A DNA stretch of 64,000 bases from Nitrosopumilaceae archaeon (GCA_965207375.1 CBDBMG010000002.1:713749-777748); one strand, 5' to 3'; counted from the stretch's first letter, positions 1 to 12,915 are shown. Program-made: numbers and translations. The notes: a model not told the origin generated them from the letters alone.

Positions 1-135
1 CGGAATTTAGACCAGATGCCACTAAATCTCTTGCTCCACCTTGGTCACTCGTCCGGTTTCTTAAAATCAAACGGCTCTGGGGTTGCAGTCGTAAGCTTGC
101 CATCATTCATTGATGAACACACACTTCTGACACCA
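1..135 (-). mobile_element. 5' end of a second Gypsy LTR retrotransposon (PBS and decayed gag start), running off the window
   Basis: The minus strand reads ...CA TGGTGTCAGAAGTG (122-135, tRNA-Leu-type PBS). ATG at 103 gives MASLRLQP/EPFDFKKPDE*PRW...ASGL, a typical Gypsy gag N-terminus, with a frameshift and a stop. Confidence 0.7.
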
Positions 136-195
136 TGCGGTATATGGGTGTTAATCAGAATAATCACAATCTATAAGCATGCGCAATAATCACAA

Positions 196-359
<164 letters not shown>

Positions 360-425
360 GTGGCTCTCTTTAATAACTAGTTCCGTACAGCTATTACATT
401 GGCAACGAGGATAAACTGTTCAAGT

Positions 426-1545
426 ATGGCTACTCATGGAACTGTAGGAGAATTCATTCCAGGACGAGAAGACTGGGTGTCCTACACAGAACGTCTGGAG
501 CAGTATTTCACTGTCAATGCCATCAAGTAAGAGGAAGGAGACAGACGGCGTGCCATCCTTCTGAGCTGTTGTGGAGCTGCTACTTATCAATTGATAAGAA
601 ATTTGGTTTCTCCTGGGAAACCCACAGAAAAGAGTTTTGAGGAGTTAGTGAAGCTAGTTAAGGATCACCACCCTCTGAAATTGTACAGTGCTTCAATTTT
701 CACACACACAATCGCAAGCAGGGTGAGTCTATTGGAGAATTTGTAGCTCAACTGAGGAAACTCTCAGAGTATTGCCGCTTTGGAGATTCTCTGGACAGTA
801 TGTTGCGAGACAGGCTTGTTTGTGACTGTAATGACCATCGCTTGCAATGTAAGCTGCTGGCTGAGGATAATCTAACATTTGATACAGCACTAAAAATTGC
901 AAAGGCCATTGAAACTGCAGAATGAGACTCCCGAGGAATGCAGGATTCTTCTCCTAAATCTGCACACATGGTGCATAATGTTGGCAAAAGATTCAACTTA
1001 TCGAAGAAGTTTTCGTCACAGATGGACCCATGTTGTCGTTGTGGAGGAAAACATAGCTCAATGGTTTGCAAATTTAAAGACAGTGAGTGTCATTTTTGTG
1101 GAAAAAAGGGGCACTTAGCCAAGGTCTGCAGAACCAAAGCTCACTCTCAGAAGCCAACACAAAAAGCATTAAAGAAGACACATCAACTAACTGGTGAACC
1201 ATAGGAACAAGGAGGAAGCAGTGAGTACTCAATGTATCATTCCACTAGTGTAGACACAAAGCCCTACATGGTCACTGTGAAGGTCAATGGAGCTGATCTT
1301 AAAATGGAGGTAGATACAGGGGCAGCTCTATCTGTGATCAGTGAAAAAACTTACAACATCCTATGGCCTCATCACTCCACTCCACTCCATCATTACAACC
1401 ATGCTCTTCCATTTTGAAAACCTACACTGGAGAGACCATCAAAGTGAATGGAAAGATATCTGTCACTGTTTCGTATCAAAAGCAAACAGCACAGGTAACC
1501 TTGATTGTAACTACTGGAGATGGCCCAAGCCTACTGGGTCGTGAC
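426..1545 (+). pseudogene. Gypsy gag and aspartic protease (stops and frameshifts)
   Basis: MATHGTVGEF..EDWVSYTERLEQYF; CCHC knuckles CCRCGGKH..C and CHFCGKKGHLAKVC; protease MEVDTGAALS...GPSLLGRD. Confidence 0.92.
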
Positions 1546-1779
1546 TAGGGTTGGGCGATATTTCAATAATACCGTAGTACCGCGGTACTAGAGTATTGCG
1601 ATACTGCAAACCTTTACACTAGAACAGCTAACGATATTATCGTTTATGCGATTTTATGGAAGTATCGCCGCATGCATGCCAAGTTATACAAAATAATGTT
1701 TATATTTTTAAATGTCGCCATCGAGCTATGAATAACTGTTCATGTAAATGAAGCTATAATAACCGGTTAAACAAGTTCT

Positions 1780-2265
1780 GCTTCTTTTCAGTTTCTTTAT
1801 ACGATGCTTGTCATCGATACTGTTGGTGGGCGTGGCATTTAGTAACAAACGCGCGTCGTGAGTTACTGCTAAGGAACAGCAAGGTAATGCTGTATCACCC
1901 ATTTATTTCACAGTAAGAGGCGTTTTACTAGCTGTACATTACTAACAAGACGGAGCGCTTCAGTTATAAAAGTGGGCGTGTCGTGCGGGTATAGCGAAGT
2001 TTTTAAAAGAAAACTGGCCTATAGTTTTACAGTAAGAATTTCAGCTTAAAACAACTTTTACAAAGTTTTATCACTTAAGTACTGGAGTATAAAGCGGATT
2101 TAAACTGAAGAATTAATTTTGTATGCGTTGCTATGTGTTCCTTAGTGATGAGTGCTTGCTCATGTGACTTACCTGTGACATCATTAAATACAATAACAAT
2201 AAATTAAATTAACAGTACTAATTTATTTACTGGTTTCTAAGATGGTAAAACATGAACTTGCTACA
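1780..2265 (+). mobile_element. 5'-truncated copy of the HINE-like family at 12214-12915, inside the hAT
   Basis: Extended similarity to ~12410-12915 (e.g. ACATTACTAACAAGACGGAG, GCGTTGCTATGTGTTCCTTAGTGATGAG). Confidence 0.8.
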
Positions 2266-2490
2266 TATTGATGTAATACATGACAGTACTGCAATATTTG
2301 CAATTATCGCATAGTCATCTTCTTGCAATGGCACGTATTCATTTATATAAAACGCATAATTAGAAATTACAGTACGGAGGACATGGGCGTTAAATCGCGT
2401 AATAAATGAGACGTGTTAACTTGTAGCTTTTGTTGTTAAGTTGTAGTTTCACTTGTTAAGTTGTAGTTTCACTTGTTTGGCTGTGCTAAT

Positions 2491-3882
2491 ATGGTAAATT
2501 TTTGCGCTGTTCCTGGTTGTAGTAACAGATCTGATCGTGATACGAATGTTAGTTATCACCGTTTACCAATTAAAAAACCAGCACTTTTGAAACAGTGGAT
2601 TCACAAGATTGGTCGAGAAAACCTACCAATTCTTGACTCCACCAGGGTGTGCAGTGAGCACTTCATTAATTCTAAAGGAAGAAAGCTGCGGCCTGATGAG
2701 TATCCTACATTAAAACTACCACTGCTTGCCGCACAAGTGTCTGTGCCAACGCCTCGTAGGGAGCTAGTTCGTCACGATTTGCCAGTAAAGAAGAGGAAAT
2801 GTGATAGCGAAGTTGAAACTAGCTCAGATATTTTATATTGTGATGCACAAACAAACACAGAGCTCACTTGGCTTGAAATAAAAGATATGGAGGAAGAATT
2901 GCATGCAACAAAGAAAGAGATAGAAGAGTACAAGGCAGAATGCAGCATTTTGAAGCAAAAACAACATCTAAGACTGAGCAATATTCAAGAAGATGATGAA
3001 AAAGTTAGATTTTATACAGGATTTTCATCTTATGTGGCATTAATGGTATGTTTTAATTTTTTGGGAAAAGGATCATCAAAGCTTAACTATTGGGGTAGTA
3101 CCATGTTTGAAGCTAAAACTGATAAGGGTCGCAAAAGAGCACTTCTTCCACTTGAAGAGTTTTTTCTAGTGTTGGTACGTCTCCGTTTAGGATTACTTGA
3201 ACAAGATTTGGCATATCGTTTTGGAGTGTCACAGTCAACAGTGTCACGGATTATCAACACATGGATCAATTTTATTTATCTACAACTTAAGCAGATTCCA
3301 TTATGGATTCCACGGGACCTTACACAGCTTAATATGCCACGGTGTTTTAAAGACAAATACCCTTTTACTAGGGTAATTATTGATGCAACAGAGGTCTTTG
3401 TTGAACAACCAGCACTTCCAGAATTGCAGCAATTAACGTTTTCGACATACAAGAATACAAATACATACAAAGGATTAATAGGTATTTCTCCAAGTGGTGC
3501 AGTTGTATTTGTATCAGACCTATATCCTGGATGTATTTCAGATAAAGAACTCACTAGAAAGTGCGGTATTCTAGAGTTGTTGGAGAGTGGAGATACACTC
3601 ATGGCTGATCGTGGATTTGATATAGAGGGAGATTTAATACTCAGGGGAGTGAGGCTCAATATTCCGCCCTTTTTAAAAGGTAAACAACAGCTAAGTCAGT
3701 CAGAATTAGTTGAAACAAGACGAATCGCCTCACTACGAATACATGTAGAGAGGGCAATGGAACGCCTTAAAAATTTTCACATATTTGATAAACCCTTACC
3801 CCCATCATTCAGAGATACAGCAAATCAGACATTTTATATATGTGCTGTGCTTACAAATTTTTATCCTCCATTATGTACATGA
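2491..3882 (+). CDS. THAP-HTH-DDE_Tnp_4 (Harbinger/ISL2EU-type) transposase
   Basis: THAP CAVPGC..W..VCSEHF..YPT; HTH LEQDLAYRFGVSQSTVSRI; catalytic IIDATE, MADRGF, RIHVERAM. Open from ATG 2491. Confidence 0.95.
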   Translation: MVNFCAVPGCSNRSDRDTNVSYHRLPIKKPALLKQWIHKIGRENLPILDSTRVCSEHFINSKGRKLRPDEYPTLKLPLLAAQVSVPTPRRELVRHDLPVKKRKCDSEVETSSDILYCDAQTNTELTWLEIKDMEEELHATKKEIEEYKAECSILKQKQHLRLSNIQEDDEKVRFYTGFSSYVALMVCFNFLGKGSSKLNYWGSTMFEAKTDKGRKRALLPLEEFFLVLVRLRLGLLEQDLAYRFGVSQSTVSRIINTWINFIYLQLKQIPLWIPRDLTQLNMPRCFKDKYPFTRVIIDATEVFVEQPALPELQQLTFSTYKNTNTYKGLIGISPSGAVVFVSDLYPGCISDKELTRKCGILELLESGDTLMADRGFDIEGDLILRGVRLNIPPFLKGKQQLSQSELVETRRIASLRIHVERAMERLKNFHIFDKPLPPSFRDTANQTFYICAVLTNFYPPLCT

Positions 3883-3904
3883 ACTATAATTATGTATGCG
3901 TTAT

Positions 3905-5814
3905 TCACAAATAGTAACTAGGCTTATTCCGTGGAGTAATAAGTTCCGGTTTAATGTGGTTGTTCCAATACAATTTCAACTCTGGTATTCTCTGCTGTTG
4001 CCACTCCTCATCAGGAAAAACACGTGTAACTTTAAGTCCTTTGCAAGTGAAAATGCAAAAATCACACCAGCTGTACATGTCAGATCCTACAAAGAGTTGA
4101 AGTTGGACCTGATGATAGTATGCATGACTTGACTTAAGGCAGATTCTAGAATCTTGCATCTCACAATAGAATGTTGAATCTTTGCAGGCCTCTTCTGGTT
4201 CAACATCCCGTTTGGAATACGGACATTTAATTTCCAAAATTCCATCTGGTTGGTCAGAATTTAAATCTTTGACTCTCCCATCAGGTGAAGCCCCAAGCCA
4301 ACAATGTTCAGGATGGATAATAAAGCCACATTTTTCCACTGTGACAGAATTAGAACTACCAGGTGAGTTTTTTATTGCCAGATATTTTTTAACAGCAGTG
4401 GATTCATGCTGACGTCCCCAGGCAATGGGTGCTGGAAGTGGGTCTAACAACGGTTTAGGATACAGACAATAAACAAGTAGGGAAGCTGTTTTTTTCTTCT
4501 GACACAATACCCTACCACAGGTAGACCCAGTTATTCGTTTATAACGTACTTCATGCCATAACTTAGAGAAATGTTGGGAACGTGTTTCTTTTTCGATGTC
4601 AAAACGGTCCGATTCTGTGACCTTCAAACCAAGTGTTACCAAATCATCATCAGTAAGCTCTTCATTATCCTCATTTGATGTGCTACCAAAGTCGTCATGC
4701 TCTTCAACATTAGTTTGCTCCTCTGGTGTATCCCTGTCATGAAGTCTATCCAGTACTGGTGGTAATGCATAAGTATGATCATGTGTAATCTTATCTACTG
4801 ATGGAATCAAAACATCTAAAAAAGCACAGTGCTCATTGAGCTGTAATAAATTGCAACGCAATTTCTCTATTGCATCTGGACAAAGTTTACGATCTTCAGG
4901 TTGGCGAGGATCAAATGTACTTAATATTTTACCACTGGATTGCTTCTGTAAGATCTCACATCTTCTAGCATTCAACTCGTGTACCGGTATAATTGGCACC
5001 TTTTTCTGCCTGGGTTTGTTCCATGCTTGCAATCTGTCAGTGCATGTTGCAAATTCTGGTAATTTACCAAGACGACTAAATTCTTCAAGGGCATAACAAA
5101 CAGCTGCAATGTGCTTGCAGCTTCCACAAGGCCTCTTGCCTGCAGGACATCCACATTCTGCTCCAACAACATCAAATACATTAGCATCCATACATAAAAC
5201 CACTTTATATATTCTGTCCTTCCTCATTTCCGGTAAACACTTAGCCTGAAGATAAATGTGCTTATCATAACCGATCATGATGTCTTGAACGTGTCCACAT
5301 CGAAACATATTTAAAGCCGAACTATTTATAGCTTTCACATCACTGGAAGGCATACCATCTACAGCTGTACGTACCACGAAATAATTAATTATGTTAGCAT
5401 TCGTGAAAGAAATTTCATTAACATCTGTCCTTGTAAATACTTCCTGAAGTTTTACCCAGTTCAGATTTTGGGGAACATTCAGTATGTTCAGTGGTTCTGC
5501 TCTACCAGAACTACACTGTGCATTCTTATTCTTGTATGGATCAACAACTCTATTTGCCCAACCATTTGCTATAAAAGCCTGTACCCTAGATAAGCAAATC
5601 ACTTGTTAAATACTTTCACACCATACTATTAAGTTAACCTGGCAACTAAATCAGCTTTCTTCCCTGCTGTAGGAGCCCTACGACATTGAAGCCAGCGTTT
5701 CAACTCAGGGATTGTAAGACTAATAGCCTCACGGCCATTTAAAGCAGCACCAGGTACATCAAACTCGTTCAAAAATTCATCATCGCTACTGCAATTTTCA
5801 TCTAATTTAGCCAT
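3905..5814 (-). CDS. SAP-SWIM-YqaJ (lambda-exonuclease-like) protein; 2 exons, 5814-5639 and 5585-3905, 618 aa
   Basis: A 53-bp GT-AG intron (5638-5586) joins the two ORFs in frame. SAP-like LTIPELKRWL..GKKADLVAR; SWIM CGCPAG..CKH; YqaJ RITGS, WGRQHE, GASPDG, EIKCP, QVQLQL. Confidence 0.92.
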
Positions 5815-6049
5815 TAATGGCTTGCTTACAGCCAAACAAGTGAAACTACAACTTAACAAGTGAAACTACAACTTAACAAGTGAAACTACAACTTAACAAC
5901 AAAAACTACAAGTTAACATGTCTCATTTATTACGCGATTTAACGCCCATGTCCTCCGTACCGTAATTTCTAATTATGCGTTTTATATAAATGAATACGTG
6001 CCATTATCGTGAGTAGAAAATCTCAGTATCGCCCAACCCTAGTCGTGAC

Positions 6050-8880
6050 TGGCTGAAGAGTATTGTACTGGACTGGAATCAGTTAAACCAAGTCCGCCAA
6101 GCAACAAGTCACTGCCAAGAACTGGTGGAGAGGCATAAAGAATTGTTCAATGAGGAATTGGATCTGGTGCAGGGAATGAAAGCCAAATTCCACATCCACC
6201 CAGATGCTACTCCTAAATTTTGTAAGGCAAGGCCAGTGCCTTATGCATTGAAAGCCAAGGTTGAAGCAGAATTAAACCGCCTAGAGAAAAATGGTGTTAT
6301 AAGACATGTTGAGTTTGCACAATGGGCAGCTCCTATGGTTCCTATTGTTAAAGTAGATGGATCCATCATGATTTGTGGGGATTACAAGTTAACGGTGAAC
6401 CGAGCAGCCAAAACGGACTCATACCCCCTCCCCCGTATTGAGGATCTGTTTGCATCTCTCTCTGGAGGACAGTTATTTTCTAAATTAGATTTGGCTCATG
6501 CTTATCAGCAGATTCCATTAGACGAGAAGTCTCAACTGTTTACCACAATCAATACACACAAGGGTCTATATTGTTATAATCGACTCCCATTTGGTGTGGC
6601 TTCAGCCCCGGCAATTTTTCAAAGAGCCATAGAAACCATTCTCCAAGGTATACCTCATGTTTGTGTATACTTGGATGATATACTGATCACTGGAGAAAAC
6701 GATGATGAACATTTGCAGACATTAGAAACAGTCCTTTCGCTTCTGGAGAAGGCAGGCATTCGGCTCAAACACAAAAAGTGCTCCTTCATGTTAACTGCAA
6801 TTGAGTACTTGGGTCATAAAATTTCAGCCCAAGGATTACAGCCAACCAGTGAAAAAGTGCAGGCTATCCATGAAGCTCCAGCACCTAAGGATGTCACACA
6901 ACTCAAGTCATTCTTAGGATTGTTGAACTACTACTGTAAGTTCCTCCCTAACTTATCTACCACTCTGGCTCCCCTCTACGGGTTGCTCCAGCAGCAGATA
7001 AAATGACAATGGGGACCAAACCAACAGAAGGCATTCACTAAGGCTAAAGAATCACTGACCTCAGACTGTTTGTTAGTACATTACGATCCAAACAAAGAGT
7101 TAGTACTAGCATGTGATGCGTCACCATATGGTATTGGAGCAGTGCTTTCCCACAAAATGGAAGATGACTATGAAAAACCAATTGCTTTTGCCTCCAATAG
7201 CCTAATGATTAACTTTTCCTATGCACAATTTAAAGTATGATGCAAAATAAACTCAATATGTCACAATAGTTACATGCAGATATAACACTGGTAGAACATT
7301 GGCCCCAGCTGAAAAGCACTACTCACAGTTAGACAAAGAAAGTTTAGCTATTGATGGTGTCAAGAGATTCCACCAATATTTGTGTGGTAGACATTTCACT
7401 ATTTTATCTGATCACAAGCCACTTCAGTATTTATTTAAGGAATCCAACCCTATGCCAGCCATGGCATCAGCAAGAATTCAACGATGGGCATTAACATTAG
7501 CAGCTTATGACTACAAGATCGTATACAAACCTGGATCTAAGCATGCAAATGCTGACATGCTGAGTAGGTTGCCATTACCTCAAACACCATCAGAGATTCC
7601 CATCCCTGGTGAAACACTTTTGGTAATAGACATGCTTCAATCAGTTCCAGTTTCGGCACAACAGATTCAGAAATGGACGGACCGGGATCCAGTGTTGTCA
7701 GCAGTACGTTCATTTGTGTTGAAAGGTTGGCCCTCTAAAGTGGACTGACCTCAAGCCGGAAGATGTTAAGCCATTTATGAATCGACAGGCAGAACTTAGC
7801 ATTCACGATGGATGTCTAATGTGGGGTAATCGTGTTGTAGTGCCATCCTCAGGCAGACAGAAATTGATCGAGCAGTTACATGAATGTCATCCTGGAATGT
7901 CCAGAATGAAGAACCTGGCACGAAGTTACGTTTGGTGGCCAGGAATTGATCAAGCTATTGGAGACGCTGTTAAAACTTGTACTCCATGTCAGCAGACACG
8001 TCACTTGCCATCACCTGCACCACTACAACAATGGGAATGGCCTTCCCGCCCATGGGCTCGTTGGATGCTCACTCTAAGTGGATGGAGGTGAAAATAATGA
8101 AAACAGCAACTTCGACAACTACAATTGAACACCTTCGAAACATTTTTGCAACACATGGCTTGCCAGAAATGTTAGTAACTGATAATACTGCATATTTTAC
8201 AAGTCAGGAATTTCAGGATTTTACTAAGTTGAATGGAATCCGTCACGTTACCTCAGCTCCTTATCATCCAGCATCTAATGGGTTGGCTGAAAGAGCAGTC
8301 CAGACTGTCAAAGAGTTTTTAAAGAAACCAGCTGAGGAGAAATTCTTTACAGACCAGACTTTCACGTTTTCTGTTATAATATCACATAACACCACATACG
8401 ACGACGGGTACCTCACCTGCAGAGCTTTTACTTGGACGACCACCACGTACACAGCTAGATTTGGCTGTACCAGATTTGAACAACAAGGTCTACCGAAAAC
8501 AGCAACATCAAAAAGACCACCATGATAAATGCAGAAGAGAAAGACATTTTCAAGTAGGAGATGCTGTGTATGCCCGCAAATTTCCATCAAATGATGCTTG
8601 GATCCCTGGAACAATCATCAAGGCCAGAGGACCTTTGTCATATATGATAGAATTGGAAACTGGACAAATTGTGCGCAGACATGTAGACCATTTGCAGTCC
8701 CGCACTAAAAACTCTACACTAAGTCCAACTTCCGACTGGACAGATCTACCTGACATTAGTTTGGATTCGCATGATGACTCCAACCAAGAAGTTACACAAC
8801 TCGAGCAACTTCCATTGCGTCGTTCGACTCGTGTCTCCATACCACCTCAACGTTATTCACCCGAGGACTTCCAATCCTAA
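6050..8880 (+). pseudogene. Gypsy pol: RT, RNase H, integrase (stops and frameshifts)
   Basis: RT LPFG..APAIFQ and YLDD; RNase H CDASPYGIGAVL, YSQLDKE, SDHKPL; integrase H..HPG..C..C, TDN, SNGLAERAV; C-terminal GPLSY and PLRRSTR. Confidence 0.95.
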
Positions 8881-8891
8881 AGAGGGAGGAA

Positions 8892-9219
8892 TGTAATAAT
8901 CTATGAACATTTACTTATTTGGACATTTAAGAATACCTGTTTAGATCACTATTTGTGTTAGATTGCACATCCTGTAATAGGGTTTCTATCGTATACCTAG
9001 GTATGAGTTAGCTTTTGTAATTACTTACACCTCATGCTACTATGACCTTTTATATCATTGTTGTATTGTATTTGTATGTTGGCTCGCCCTTTCAGTATCC
9101 TGTTTTGTACCTATAAATACACTGTTGTTTGTACCTCTTTCAAACATATTTATGAGCACTGAATAATCAGCTAGTCTCAAGTGGCTCTCTTTAATAACTA
9201 GTTCTGTACGGTTATTACA
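8892..9219 (+). repeat. 3' LTR (328 bp)
   Basis: TGTAATAA...TTATTACA termini directly after the PPT; contains TATAAA. Confidence 0.9.
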
Positions 9220-9568
9220 ATGATGTTCCTCCGTACTTGGAAAAATGAATCAAATTTCTCTAACACACGTGCATACTCTGCTCGATCTTCTATCGTTGCA
9301 TTTGTTGACGTCAGACTGCTTCGGCTTCTTCCCCTAGACAGTAGAGGAGGGTGCTAATTTGTTTGGAAGCTGAGGCTTTGCTAAGGCCTGAAACGACTCT
9401 GAACTGCTGAAATCGGGACTGGTTGTTAGGCACACATTTCCACAGCAACCATTGCTATGGAAACCGTTTCTAAGGTAATTTGCATTTTGGCCCATAGCAA
9501 GCAGTCCCTAGCAACTGTTACTATGACAAATCACCTCGGAAACAATTTCCATAGTTGAATTCTAAATC

Positions 9569-9688
9569 AGTTAGACACCTTGACCAATGTCAACTAAGTG
9601 ATTTAGAAATCCTCAGGCCCTTAGTAGCGCCCTCACGAGGCCCTTGGGTTTCTAAATCACTTAGTTCCCTTGGTCTCGGTGTCTAACT
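9569..9688. repeat. Imperfect ~120-bp hairpin
   Basis: AGTTAGACACC..ACCAA..AACTAAGTGATTTAGAAA mirrored by TTTCTAAATCACTTAGTT..TTGGT..GGTGTCTAACT. Confidence 0.75.
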
Positions 9689-10059
9689 ATTATTTAGTGT
9701 CTATAATAATGAAGTAAACATGTTGTTTGTACCACAAGAGGGTACAGATAAAACCATGCTAATAGCATTGTGGGGCGAGCCTGATCGCAAAGTGGATAAG
9801 ATTTGCTACATGTGCATATAGATGATACGTAGTGACCACCGAATAAGTGATGATATTGCTATGTAGATGTAAAAATGTGACCAACTATGTATGTTTATTG
9901 CTTGGATTAATGTACACATAAGAGGCAATTTTTGGTGACCCTGTCATATACGTATAGCTATAATTAATATTTTTGTCGATTAGCAACATTTTTCAGTACA
10001 TAATTTACTTCCCTTGTTGTCTTGACAATATCAAAGTATTTTCTTGACACAATAACCGA

Positions 10060-10340
10060 TTATGACATGAAATGGTGGACTTCGGTACTTACTATCAATG
10101 GGAAGCAGATACCATTTAAACTGGACACAGGTACAGAAGTAACTGTCATCACAAAGAAGACCTGGGAGGAGCTAGGTGAGCCAGCACTAAAATTATCAGA
10201 TAAATTAACACCTGTTTGGCCCAGCCCAGCAACAATTAGCAGTCAAAAGATATTTCACCTGCCACCTGTCCCACAAAGAGAGAGAAGCCCAACAGCAAAT
10301 TTTTGTGGTAGAAAATCTCAAAAACAACTTACTCAGCAGG
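10060..10340 (+). pseudogene. Fragment of another Gypsy aspartic protease
   Basis: LTINGKQIPFKLDTGTEVTVI motif, then a frameshift. Confidence 0.75.
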
Positions 10341-10371
10341 TGTCTAAGTTGTCACTTATTTATGTACCTAC

Positions 10372-11071
10372 TATGTACAGGACAAAAGTTTGGCGGGAGA
10401 AAAGTTTGGCGAATTTGGCGAAACCACACATTTCGCCAAACTTTTTTCGCCTAATTTTTGAATTAGCACGTGATATTCGCAAAAACGTGATTGTGGTATA
10501 AACGTGTTACCCACGTTGTAAAACGTCGAGAAAACGTGCATGCATGTGTCTCAAAGTGTATGCTGTACTACTGAGGGAGTGAAGCATGTCTGGAATACTG
10601 AAGCACTTTCGACAGTCAAGAAATCTCGTGAGCAGCTACCAGATCCACACAGGCCGCTGAATACTGATGGAAAAGTGCCGTCTTCAGTCCTAACGCAAGC
10701 ATCCGAAAAGTCTGACGCTGCTAATAGCAGTTCTGGCTCGAGACGAGGACATTATTTACATTTAACGGCCAGCGAGTCTTTCGGATTTCCAGCTTCTCGA
10801 GTTCTTCTCCCGAAATGGTTGAATTCTCCTAGTCTCGCGTGGAATTCTCCCAAATATCTTTGTATATGTGGTATCCACGAATCATCGAGTTCACGGTGAA
10901 AGTATAATAGCTACAGCACGTTTCCTGCCATTATAACTCCGTCATGTTACACAGCTAAATTGTATGGCTTCTTATATTGGCTGCTGATAATTTGCCAAAT
11001 TATTTTCGCCAACTTGATAATTGCAACTGTTTCGCCAAACTTTTCTCCCGCCAAACTTTTGTCCTATACGG
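10372..11071. mobile_element. Tc1/mariner-pogo-type MITE
   Basis: TIR AGGACAAAAGTTTGGCGGGAGAAAAGTTTGGCGAA mirrored at ~11031-11066. The right end is TACGG followed by TA; the left tip is degraded. Confidence 0.8.
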
Positions 11072-11289
11072 TATCAGGTAGCTAAGTTATTTAGAAACCC
11101 CACAAATGGGCCTAATTGAATTCTAATAGGAAGTTAAACAAAAGCAAACTAACACATATGTTTGGTCACAGGCTGCAATGACTTTATGATAAGGATATAG
11201 TAAGCAAAATTATCCATCAATAGCAGCTAATAATAATGTTCATAAAATATATAGTAAGTGTGCCTCTACATCAATTTGAATCTTTAGAA

Positions 11290-11577
11290 TAGGCCTCAGC
11301 GATAGTGAAAATAAAGCTATCACGATAGTAAGACACTGACTATTCACGATTATGAATAGTTATATAGCCAGTATTTCAGTTCATAAATATTATGACTAAA
11401 GGAAAAGGAACAAAGTACTATCAATGTCAGATTACCCTTATGTTTTGATTTCCTGGCACATTTCAGCATTTTCTATAAAATTTTGTATTCGAATAGTCAG
11501 GTAGTCCATTATGTTATTCATGAATAGTCTCAAACTATCACGATAGTGAATACTATTCAGATAATCGCTCAGGTCTA
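11290..11577. mobile_element. hAT-type MITE
   Basis: TAGGCCTCAGCGAT...ATCGCTCAGGTCTA with 8-bp TSD CTTTAGAA (11282-11289, 11578-11585). Confidence 0.88.
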
Positions 11578-12213
11578 CTTTAGAAATACAGCTACGTAGA
11601 CATTAGTTGAAGATAGTATGAAAGATCAGTGACCAGTTTGAGTAGCCGTAAAGAGGTTCAAATTACCAATAAAATCACTTTCATGGAGTCATACACCGAA
11701 CTAATCGACATTGCAGATATTACATGACAATATAATTATAATATATCCCCTTATACTTCTGCATATACACCCTCCAATGCATGATGGTAAAGTTGACATA
11801 AAACTAATAAATAAGTTGATAGATAGCTACATAAGACATTTACTATAGAGCCACGTGATCTTCACTTTTCCGGATACCTAGCACAACAATTTGTATGGGC
11901 AATTTCTTTTCCTCTGGGAGCCATTCTCCGTTTATATAGATACAATTCCTTCTCCTGTGCAGTCTCTCTTCTTTATTCATCTCGTAATCAACAACACATG
12001 CTCACATACGTGCATGTAACGCCACTCTCCAGTTACGGAATGTTAGTGCGCTGGTATATCTTTGTGTGATGAACCACCCTACCAACCATATATGGAGCAT
12101 CAGTTATCTGTGCCATTTATATTTTGTGACATGAATCACCTTACCAACCATATATGGAGAGTTCAGTAAAACTATAAAAACGTGTGAGATTATTTACGTG
12201 CACAAAAAGAAAG

Positions 12214-12915
<702 letters not shown>

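Larger units (their letters stand above)
2330..6002. mobile_element. ISL2EU (PIF/Harbinger-related) DNA transposon, apparently intact
   Basis: ~155-175-bp TIRs starting GGCACGTATTCATTTATATAAAACGC; AT dinucleotide on both flanks; convergent THAP-DDE and YqaJ genes. Confidence 0.92.
1546..6041. mobile_element. Non-autonomous hAT element carrying nested elements
   Basis: 15-bp TIR TAGGGTTGGGCGATA/TATCGCCCAACCCTA; 8-bp TSD GTCGTGAC at 1538-1545 and 6042-6049. Confidence 0.93.
360..9219 (+). mobile_element. Ty3/Gypsy LTR retrotransposon, decayed; 5' LTR truncated, 3' LTR complete; interrupted at 1546-6041
   Basis: 360-398 matches the last 39 nt of the 3' LTR (9181-9219). PBS TGGCAACGAGGAT at 400-412 (tRNA-Ser(GCT)-type, 1 mismatch). 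Domain order gag-PR-RT-RH-IN. PPT AGAGGGAGGAA at 8881-8891. Confidence 0.95.

Noticed and set aside
2772-5187. Short antisense or alternative-frame ORFs overlapping transposon genes (also in 16370-18454, 35706-37703, 50939-53206)
   Set aside because: Shadow ORFs with no independent motifs.
5828-5900. 20-bp tandem repeats as a CRISPR array or iterons
   Set aside because: No spacers; they are part of the ISL2EU TIR.
2330-6002. KolobokP or phage recombinase interpretation of YqaJ + THAP-DDE
   Set aside because: The element has inverted repeats and AT flanks, not long direct repeats with TTAA, and the YqaJ gene has a spliceosomal intron.
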